NCBI GenBank assembly: GCA_031253625.1
Contig: JAIRVZ010000128.1
Span: 31,307-95,306, forward strand
Reading direction: 5' to 3'
Origin: Dysgonamonadaceae bacterium
Lineage (GTDB): Bacteria; Bacteroidota; Bacteroidia; Bacteroidales; Azobacteroidaceae
Length of the DNA stretch: 64,000 nucleotides
The translations under genes were made by a program, and so were the position numbers. Below the pieces are notes generated by a model. It was not told where the DNA came from and did no database searches. It saw nothing but the letters and a program-made list of their open reading frames with translations. This document shows, in pieces, positions 56,920 to 64,000 of the stretch. Position 1 is the stretch's first letter. Each line of letters starts with the position of its first letter.

Positions 56920-57762
56920 TCATTTTGATTTAATCACAGGGAAAGCAAATCCTATACCAACAGATAGGCGTAATCCCGACCAGTTAGCACCAAGGTTGTA
57001 TTCTTTTCCGGGAGAAGAAGAAATGACTGTAAGTGGTCTATAATAATCAGAAATATAGATAATGTCAATCGTGTTTTCATCTGCTGTTCTGATTTTTCCC
57101 GGACTGTCAAATAAATAACCGGCATTGATATTCAGCGACACAGTGTTTTTAAACCAAAATTGTAATCCTATATTAGGTTGAAGATACCAATTAACAGAAT
57201 TCCATTTGTATGATTCGTCTATTTTTTCAAATTCACCGCCCCATTGGCTTTGTTGCGGATTATACAAGTCGAAAAAATAATCACTGTTTCCTTCATTAAA
57301 AATAGGTCCGGTAGATACTCCTGCGTAAGCAGAAAGGCAAAAATCTTTCGCTATTGGAACGGACAGAAAATGGGCTTTGTAATATAAGCCTAAAGCATTA
57401 CCGGAAAAAACGATATCTCTCCTCATCTCTCCCGAATAATCGGCTAAATGATTCCGTCCACCGGTAGTGAAATAGTTATATTGCAATCCGATTTCGTGAA
57501 AAGAAAACTGTAATCCGAAGTAGGCATCATGAAATAAACCACCGGGGAAGTTTTCTGTGTTTTTATATTGAAAATCTGTGTCAAAATTGTCGTTGACTAC
57601 TCTCACAATATTTTTGACATCGTTTTCCAACAAGGATTTCATATCTCCCATTTGATAATTGGCTTTTCCCAAAGAATAGCCGAATACAAACTTTTGCGCC
57701 TGAGTAGGAAACGACAGTGCTATGCAAAATAATATAAAAAATGATTTTATTTGATTTTTCAT
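56920..57762 (-). CDS. Hypothetical outer-membrane beta-barrel-like protein
   Basis: Signal peptide ending TQAQ and an alternating aromatic/glycine-rich beta pattern. No family recognised. Confidence 0.45.
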   Translation of the reverse strand: MKNQIKSFFILFCIALSFPTQAQKFVFGYSLGKANYQMGDMKSLLENDVKNIVRVVNDNFDTDFQYKNTENFPGGLFHDAYFGLQFSFHEIGLQYNYFTTGGRNHLADYSGEMRRDIVFSGNALGLYYKAHFLSVPIAKDFCLSAYAGVSTGPIFNEGNSDYFFDLYNPQQSQWGGEFEKIDESYKWNSVNWYLQPNIGLQFWFKNTVSLNINAGYLFDSPGKIRTADENTIDIIYISDYYRPLTVISSSPGKEYNLGANWSGLRLSVGIGFAFPVIKSK

Positions 57763-57772
57763 GACGATTTAT

Positions 57773-58486
57773 TTAATAGTTACTAATATAAACTTCTGAT
57801 TCTAAAGGAGATAAAAAACTCTCCTTAAAGTAGGCTCTGACAACAAAATATGTGCTATTCCATTGAGAAAGTGTTACAACATAAGATGTTTCTTGTGTTG
57901 TACCTAACTTACCACTATGCCAATAGTCGTATACTTCATAACGGTCTACTTCTCCGTAAGCAGTGTCCGGCTTATCCCAAGATAATTTAAATGTCGTATC
58001 ACTTAATCTGTCATATCGAAGATTAAGAGATGGTATCGGATTTTGTTGTATAACTATTTTCCATTCAAATGTTTTTCCATAATATTCATAGCCTGCCATA
58101 TCGGCCAAACTTCCTGTGTTAGTACGACTGGAAGGAATATCACACTTCAGCGTATATTTACCGGGGTCTACCCACCAACTAAAAGAAAGATAAGGTGATG
58201 TCTTATTCGTATAGAATGTGTTGAAATTGTAATCTTCATTTTCACGATATAAGCGAAAAATTATGTCATTAACGTCATTGGGCAATTCGAAATCAAATTT
58301 TATAAAAAAATACTTGATGATGTATTCTCCATTTCCGTTTGTTGGAGCCTTTATTTGTATTTTATAATTAATGTCCTGTGGTTTTTTAATTTCCACAAAA
58401 TTTGTTTCCTCCAGTTCGTATTCACAACTTGTACAGAAAACGAGCAGTAAAACAATCCACAACCAATGAATAAGTTTTTTGTTCAT
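57773..58486 (-). CDS. Hypothetical lipoprotein (possible FN3-like C-terminal domain)
   Basis: Lipobox-like VFCTSC. It is adjacent to and co-oriented with the putative beta-barrel gene. Confidence 0.45.
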   Translation of the reverse strand: MNKKLIHWLWIVLLLVFCTSCEYELEETNFVEIKKPQDINYKIQIKAPTNGNGEYIIKYFFIKFDFELPNDVNDIIFRLYRENEDYNFNTFYTNKTSPYLSFSWWVDPGKYTLKCDIPSSRTNTGSLADMAGYEYYGKTFEWKIVIQQNPIPSLNLRYDRLSDTTFKLSWDKPDTAYGEVDRYEVYDYWHSGKLGTTQETSYVVTLSQWNSTYFVVRAYFKESFLSPLESEVYISNY

Positions 58487-58604
58487 AAAAAATTGATATA
58501 AAATATGTTTTTAATTTGGCACAAATATATTAATAATTATTATACCGCAATTTATAATTGCATGTTTTTATAATATCTTTTTGTGTTATTTGCGTTCAAA
58601 TAAA

Positions 58605-59489
58605 CTATTGAACAGCTTCCCTTATCACTGCAATATGCGCCGGAGTTGTTCCGCAACAGCCACCAATGATATTAGCGCCGGCATTGATAATTTGCGGAAT
58701 TAGTTTTTTCATCTGTTCGGGTGTTTCGAGATAGACGGTTTTTCCATCCCTGTATTCAGGCAAACCTGCGTTGGCTTGAACCAAAATCGGAGTATCAGGT
58801 GCAACTTCCCGCATTTGAGCTACAATTTGCGTCATATTTTCTAATCCGTTTCCGCAATTCGTGCCGATAATGTCGGCACCTGTATCTATACAAGCGGCAG
58901 CAATCTCAGCAGGAGAAACTCCCATCATGGTGCGGTATTCATTTTCTCCGATGGCATCAAATGTGAATGTGCAGATAATTTCTAATTGGGTATTTTCTTT
59001 AGCGGCACGAACGGCTAAGAGAGCTTCGTCTAAGTCGCTCATTGTTTCGATACAAACGGCATCCGCACCTCCTTTTTCCAATGCAACAACCTGTGTTTTG
59101 AAAGCCTCGTAAAGTTCTTCTTCCGTTACATCACCCATGACGAGCATTTTTCCGGTAGGGCCAACCGAACCAATCACCCAATGGTCGTCTTTGGCTACTT
59201 CTCTTGACAGGCGAGCGGCGGCTTCGTTGATTTCCGAAACGTTATCTGCCAAACCGAAATGTTCGAGTTTGAAAGATGTTCCGCCAAAACTGTTGGTTTC
59301 TATCATGTCGGAACCGGCATCGATATAACTTTGAGCGATTTCTCGCACTGCATCGGGGTGAGTTAAATTCCAAAGTTCGGGACATTCACCCGGTTGCAAA
59401 CCTTTTTGCAGGAGAAATGTTCCCCATGCTCCATCGGAAACGAGTATTTTTCCGGATTTTACTGCTGCAGTTATCGTTGTTCTGTTCAT
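58605..59489 (-). CDS. Homocysteine S-methyltransferase domain protein
   Basis: DGAWGT, IETNSF and C-terminal GGCCGTTPAHI (zinc-binding Cys pair). Confidence 0.8.
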   Translation of the reverse strand: MNRTTITAAVKSGKILVSDGAWGTFLLQKGLQPGECPELWNLTHPDAVREIAQSYIDAGSDMIETNSFGGTSFKLEHFGLADNVSEINEAAARLSREVAKDDHWVIGSVGPTGKMLVMGDVTEEELYEAFKTQVVALEKGGADAVCIETMSDLDEALLAVRAAKENTQLEIICTFTFDAIGENEYRTMMGVSPAEIAAACIDTGADIIGTNCGNGLENMTQIVAQMREVAPDTPILVQANAGLPEYRDGKTVYLETPEQMKKLIPQIINAGANIIGGCCGTTPAHIAVIREAVQ

Positions 59490-59515
59490 TTTTTATTGTT
59501 TTTGTATTATTTCAA

Positions 59516-60490
59516 TTATAGAAAATATGAATTGAAAATCGGCATAAGCCAAAAGTCAATTATTCCTAACCTGAAAATATAAGAGGTTATAAAAAATAGA
59601 AAGGTGAAAATAAGCAGATAAGTTACTAATTTATTATTTTCGTTCATGGCAAAGTAGAATCCGGATATAAATGCGATTGCAAAATAGATACTGGTTTGAA
59701 TTTCATTTACCATAAAGTCGAAGAAACAAATAAAAGCGAATAAGACGGCGACAAACAGGTATAAAAATTTGAAGAATAATGTCGTTCGAACTTTTTCGGA
59801 AAATCCTGATACGAAAATATTAACGGCAGCAAGTAGCAATAATAAAACAAGATACACCACTACAGCCCAGTCATACCATTGCAATTCTATCCAATCTACA
59901 GAGATAATTCCTTTGAAATAGGGAAGTCTTTCGACAAAAAAATTCAAATCTTTGCTGTATACACTCCATGCAAACAGGAATAAATAGACCGTAAATATTC
60001 CTAATAACGATGCAAAAAATGAACGGGCGTTAAATGCTCTGAACCATACAAAACCAACCCAAAACATTGGAATAAAGAGTAAAAGAGGCCACTTACATAA
60101 AACACTTCCGATAGTTAAAATCAATGCAATATTAAAAGAACCTATCTGAGAGTGATGATTATGGTAGTTTTTGAAAGAAATCAGCAAACACAAAACCATT
60201 GCAAAAGCAGAGATGGTAGGCTTTAAGTTATTATATAATATCGGATTAGATGCTGTAAATAACAAGAAGAGCGCCGCAGGTAAAAAAGTCTTTTTCTTTA
60301 TAATTTGGTATTCGTAACTGATTAGCGCCAACAGAACAGCAATACCGATTTGTATAATGAAAACAAGCCAAGGTTTATATTCGTTGAATGTTACTCCGGC
60401 AAATATACGGGCAAAAAATGCCAACACAATAATTACAGGAAAGATAAACACCCTGTCTGTCAGTATTTTATGTATTTGTTTAATACTCAT
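59516..60490 (-). CDS. Hypothetical polytopic membrane protein
   Basis: 324 aa, about 9 hydrophobic segments. Abuts the purD stop codon. Confidence 0.5.
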   Translation of the reverse strand: MSIKQIHKILTDRVFIFPVIIVLAFFARIFAGVTFNEYKPWLVFIIQIGIAVLLALISYEYQIIKKKTFLPAALFLLFTASNPILYNNLKPTISAFAMVLCLLISFKNYHNHHSQIGSFNIALILTIGSVLCKWPLLLFIPMFWVGFVWFRAFNARSFFASLLGIFTVYLFLFAWSVYSKDLNFFVERLPYFKGIISVDWIELQWYDWAVVVYLVLLLLLAAVNIFVSGFSEKVRTTLFFKFLYLFVAVLFAFICFFDFMVNEIQTSIYFAIAFISGFYFAMNENNKLVTYLLIFTFLFFITSYIFRLGIIDFWLMPIFNSYFL

Positions 60491-61759
60491 CTATAAATCA
60501 AAACCAATATCCGAACGGAAATATTTTCCTTCGAAATCAATTATTTTTGCATTTTTGAAAGATTGCTGTAATGCCTCTTCTTTGTTTTTTCCATAAGAAC
60601 TGACAGCGATTACACGTCCTCCGTTTGTAACAATATGGTTATTTTTTACGGTTGTTCCTGCGTGGAAAACGATACTTCCTTCCACTTTGTCTAATCCGGA
60701 AATAGCTTTTCCTTTTTCGTAATCGCCCGGATAACCACCTGATACCAACATCACTGTTACTGCGTTTCGGTTGTCAAAAACAAGTTGCTTTTTGTTTAAA
60801 TTACCATCGGCAACACCTTCCAGCAGGTCGACGAAATCAGATTTGATTCTCAGCATGACGACTTCGGTTTCCGGGTCGCCCATGCGGCAGTTGTATTCGA
60901 TAACCATAGGTTCTCCATCGACCTTGATTAATCCGATGAAAATAAATCCTTTATAATCAATGTTTTCTTGTTTTAGTCCGTTGACGGTTGGAATAACAAT
61001 CCGTTCTTCTACTTTCTTCATAAAAGCGTCGTTAGCAAACGGAACAGGAGAAACGGCTCCCATGCCTCCGGTATTCAAACCTGTATCGCCTTCTCCGATA
61101 CGTTTGTAATCTTTGGCTTCGGGTAAGATTTTGTAGGAATTTCCGTCAGTCATGACAAAAACAGAACATTCGATTCCGGAAAGAAATTCTTCGATAACAA
61201 CCGTACTGCTGGCATCGCCAAACATTCCACTCAACATGGCTGCCAATTCGTTTTCTGCCTCTTTCAAATCGTTGATAATCAAAACGCCTTTTCCAGCAGC
61301 TAATCCGTCGGCTTTCAATACATAAGGCGCTTTTAAAGAGTGTAGGAAAACAATTCCTTCCTGCAAATTTCTTTTGGTAACGCTCAGATAGCGAGCAGTC
61401 GGAATATGGTGGCGCATCATAAATGCTTTGGCGAAATCTTTACTTCCTTCCAACTGCGCACCTTCTTTGGAGGGGCCTATAACCGGAATTGTTTTCAATT
61501 GCGAATCTTGCTTGAAGAAATCGTAAACTCCCTTTACTAATGGGTCTTCAGGGCCTACAACTACCATTTGTATATCGTTTTGCAAAACAAATGCTTTGAT
61601 TGCGGGAAAATCATCGGCGGCAATAGCAATGTTTTGTCCTGCTTGCTCTGTTCCGGCATTTCCGGGAGCAATAAAAAGTTTATTTGTTTTAGGACTTTGC
61701 GCTATTTTCCAAGCCAATGCGTGTTCGCGGCCACCTGAGCCGAGGAGAAGAATATTCAT
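60491..61759 (-). CDS. purD: Phosphoribosylamine--glycine ligase
   Basis: [21 protein letters not shown]-grasp core and [10 protein letters not shown] motif. Confidence 0.95.
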   Translation of the reverse strand: MNILLLGSGGREHALAWKIAQSPKTNKLFIAPGNAGTEQAGQNIAIAADDFPAIKAFVLQNDIQMVVVGPEDPLVKGVYDFFKQDSQLKTIPVIGPSKEGAQLEGSKDFAKAFMMRHHIPTARYLSVTKRNLQEGIVFLHSLKAPYVLKADGLAAGKGVLIINDLKEAENELAAMLSGMFGDASSTVVIEEFLSGIECSVFVMTDGNSYKILPEAKDYKRIGEGDTGLNTGGMGAVSPVPFANDAFMKKVEERIVIPTVNGLKQENIDYKGFIFIGLIKVDGEPMVIEYNCRMGDPETEVVMLRIKSDFVDLLEGVADGNLNKKQLVFDNRNAVTVMLVSGGYPGDYEKGKAISGLDKVEGSIVFHAGTTVKNNHIVTNGGRVIAVSSYGKNKEEALQQSFKNAKIIDFEGKYFRSDIGFDL

Positions 61760-61760
61760 A

Positions 61761-62960
61761 TTACTTTTTCTTTAATTCTAATTTTTGCTTTTCAATTTTT
61801 TCAACTTTTTCAGTTTTGAAGGTTTTATGTTTTCCGCTAAAAATTTCGTATTTGCGAAATTCGCACTCTAAAGCGCCATTAATCAGTTTGATTTTCGCGG
61901 AAGGTTTTAAACCTATGCTGTCTAAACCTTCTTGATTGGAAGTTATAATCCATATATCGTAGCCTTGGAAAACGTGTTTCATGCGTTCTCCCATCATGGT
62001 GTATAAATCCATTAGATCGCGAGGATTCAACCGTTCTCCATACGGAGGATTCGTTACCATTATTCCTTTTTCGGGCACTTGGGTGTATTGTTGCATCGAT
62101 TTGATTTCCAATTCGATATATTTATTTAATCCCGCTCGTTTTACATTTTTAGATGCTATGGAAATTGCTTTAGGTGATATATCCGAACCGTATATTTTAT
62201 AATTAAATTCGCGTTCGTTACTGTCGTCTTCGGATATCATTTGGAACAATTCTTCGTTGAAATCATCCCATTTTTCAAAAGCAAATTTATCGCGATAGAT
62301 TCCCGGAGCGATGTTCAAAGCTATCAATGCAGCCTCAATTAACAAAGTTCCGGAGCCGCACATAGGGTCTACAAAATTACACTGACCTTTCCAACCTGCT
62401 TTCAGGAGCATTCCGGCAGCAAGGACTTCGTTCAACGGAGCCTCAGTTTGGTCTTCTCTGTAACCTCTTTTGTGTAGGGATTCGCCTGAACTATCCAACG
62501 AAACCGTGCAATCTTTATGAGAAATATGGATGTGCAATTGAATATCCGGATTAGTAACGCGCACCGAAGGTTTTTCTTCCTGCTGTTCTTCAAAAAAATC
62601 CATGATGGCATCTTTGGTTCTGTAGGCTACAAATTTGGAGTGAGTGAAAGTTTCCGAATTCACTACGGCATCGACAGCAAAAGTTTTTTTACCTCCCAAG
62701 TATTTTTTCCAGTCGATTTTTTTTATCTGTTCGTAAACTTCGTCCGAACTTTTGGCAGTAAAACTACTGATGGGTTTCAATATCCTCAATGCTGTTCTTA
62801 AATGAAAATTGGCTTTATAGAGTAACTTCTTATCGCCTTCGAAAGATACCATTCGCCGGCCAATTTCGATATTATTGGCACCTAAGGCTATAAGTTCGGT
62901 AGCTAAGACATCTTCCAAACCATATAAGGTTTTTGCTACCATTTTGAATTCGTTGTTCAT
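61761..62960 (-). CDS. THUMP-domain class I SAM-dependent RNA methyltransferase
   Basis: N-terminal THUMP-like region, plus DPMCGSGT (SAM binding) and NPPYG catalytic motifs. Confidence 0.8.
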   Translation of the reverse strand: MNNEFKMVAKTLYGLEDVLATELIALGANNIEIGRRMVSFEGDKKLLYKANFHLRTALRILKPISSFTAKSSDEVYEQIKKIDWKKYLGGKKTFAVDAVVNSETFTHSKFVAYRTKDAIMDFFEEQQEEKPSVRVTNPDIQLHIHISHKDCTVSLDSSGESLHKRGYREDQTEAPLNEVLAAGMLLKAGWKGQCNFVDPMCGSGTLLIEAALIALNIAPGIYRDKFAFEKWDDFNEELFQMISEDDSNEREFNYKIYGSDISPKAISIASKNVKRAGLNKYIELEIKSMQQYTQVPEKGIMVTNPPYGERLNPRDLMDLYTMMGERMKHVFQGYDIWIITSNQEGLDSIGLKPSAKIKLINGALECEFRKYEIFSGKHKTFKTEKVEKIEKQKLELKKK

Positions 62961-63025
62961 ATCTTTTGTTTTATATGATAAATGGAACCAGCGTACTGAG
63001 CGTACTGCCTAAGCAGGTAGGCTCT

Positions 63026-63496
63026 CTAACGAGAGCGGAAACCGAATGCTTTTCCGGTCATGTTATTTACTTCGACTTTCCAAACTTTTACGTTATTGAT
63101 TGCCGGAGTGGAATATTTAAATTCTCTGTCGGAATAATTCTTCATGAAGATGTTGAGGATTTCGATTTTTTTATCAAAATCTTCTTCAAAACTTACTGTT
63201 CCTTGGACAATTACACTTTTTGATTTCATCGTGTAGCTGCAAGCCATTTGAGCATCTTGAAACGATAAAGCATGGTCGGTACTGAAAGTGATACAAACGC
63301 GATTATTTCTTTTTAGTATATCCGTTTTGCGTCCTTCCTGACCCGAATGTAAGTAGATAATTCCATCTTTATATCCAAAATTCATGGGAAGTACATAAGG
63401 AGTCCCATCCGTATCAGCCAATCCGACATAGCAAACATCACATTTAGCGATGATTGCCTCCATTTCTTCTTTCGATGTAATAACTACAGAAGGCAT
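63026..63496 (-). CDS. Pyridoxamine 5'-phosphate oxidase-family flavoprotein
   Basis: 156 aa with a split-barrel pattern (CYVGLADTDGTPYVLPMNFGY...IYLHS). Confidence 0.65.
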   Translation of the reverse strand: MPSVVITSKEEMEAIIAKCDVCYVGLADTDGTPYVLPMNFGYKDGIIYLHSGQEGRKTDILKRNNRVCITFSTDHALSFQDAQMACSYTMKSKSVIVQGTVSFEEDFDKKIEILNIFMKNYSDREFKYSTPAINNVKVWKVEVNNMTGKAFGFRSR

Positions 63497-63509
63497 GTTT
63501 TTAATGATT

Positions 63510-63572
63510 AATGATTAGTGATTAATGATTAATGACTGAAATTTGATGATTGATCATTAATCACTAATCATT
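63510..63572. repeat. Hairpin built from TAATGAT-type heptamers (20-bp perfect arms)
   Basis: AATGATTAGTGATTAATGAT (63510-63529) is the exact reverse complement of 63553-63572. A related unpaired copy, CACTAATCATTAATCATT, lies after trpB at about 26288-26305. Confidence 0.85.
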
Positions 63573-64000
63573 TATTTAATTATATAAGTTCCTTTTCCTG
63601 AGCATATTTCAGATGCCTCGGTGATGATTACTGTTCTTACGCCTGATTCTAAGGCTTGGAAAGCATTTTCAAGTTTAGGTATCATTCCTCCGTTGATGAT
63701 TCCTTCTTCGACGTACTGTTTGAATAACTCTTTGTCGATTTTGGGAATAACGCTGTTATCGTCGTTTTCGTCTTTCAAAACACCTTTTTTCTCAAAGCAG
63801 TAAATCAATGTCACATCATAATCGTAAGATAACGATTTGGCTACTTCTCCGGCAATGGTATCTGCATTGGTATTCAGCAAATTACCTGCGCCATCGTGAG
63901 TAATGGACGACATTACAGGCACTACATTTTGTTTCAGAATTTCAATTAATGCCTCTGCGTTCACGAATCTAACGTCTCCGACAAAACCGTAATCAATATC
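63572..64000 (-). CDS. argB: Acetylglutamate kinase, C-terminal part (gene continues beyond the window)
   Basis: DYGFVGDV...NTNADT...GGMIPKLENAFQAL. The frame is open to base 64000. Confidence 0.85.
   Translation of the reverse strand, partial: DIDYGFVGDVRFVNAEALIEILKQNVVPVMSSITHDGAGNLLNTNADTIAGEVAKSLSYDYDVTLIYCFEKKGVLKDENDDNSVIPKIDKELFKQYVEEGIINGGMIPKLENAFQALESGVRTVIITEASEICSGKGTYIIK

Overview
AT-rich chromosomal window that looks like Bacteroidota, probably Bacteroidales. Supporting signs are TAnnTTTG -7 promoter boxes, BACON and Fibrobacter-paralogous domains, a T9SS C-terminal sorting domain, and a GH57/GT4/debranching glycogen cluster. Most genes are housekeeping: GH26 and GH9 hydrolases, glycogen genes, rpsO, lepA, tilS, mgtA, a complete trpB-E-G-D-C-F-A operon, tsaD, tamB, tRNA-Leu, cysS, purD and argB. 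Two type II toxin-antitoxin modules (mazEF-like and hipBA-like) are embedded among them. The most unusual region is about 31.8-45.3 kb. It holds a tandemly duplicated two-gene module, with a CotH-family T9SS substrate immediately downstream. Each module pairs a signal-peptide/TPR/single-TM/AraC-HTH one-component regulator with a large Sec-exported fibre protein ending in a phage-tailspike-type S74 intramolecular chaperone domain (SDRRLK site). Each fibre gene has its own -7 box, preceded by direct repeats phased at exactly 21 bp, and a conserved ~265-nt leader with a long-range helix. No phage structural, integrase or transposase genes are visible. I propose these modules as an uncharacterised, self-regulated surface-fibre or adhesin system. 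Other notable signals: a 20-codon trp leader peptide with tandem Trp codons plus an attenuator hairpin; an in-frame trpF-trpA junction with no stop codon; perfect 28-bp and 47-bp inverted repeats; heptamer-repeat hairpins; a 43-codon membrane ORF translationally coupled to mazF; and arrays of GTATATAC palindromes. No CRISPR array or rRNA was seen. All calls rest on reading the sequence and recognising motifs; no searches were run.
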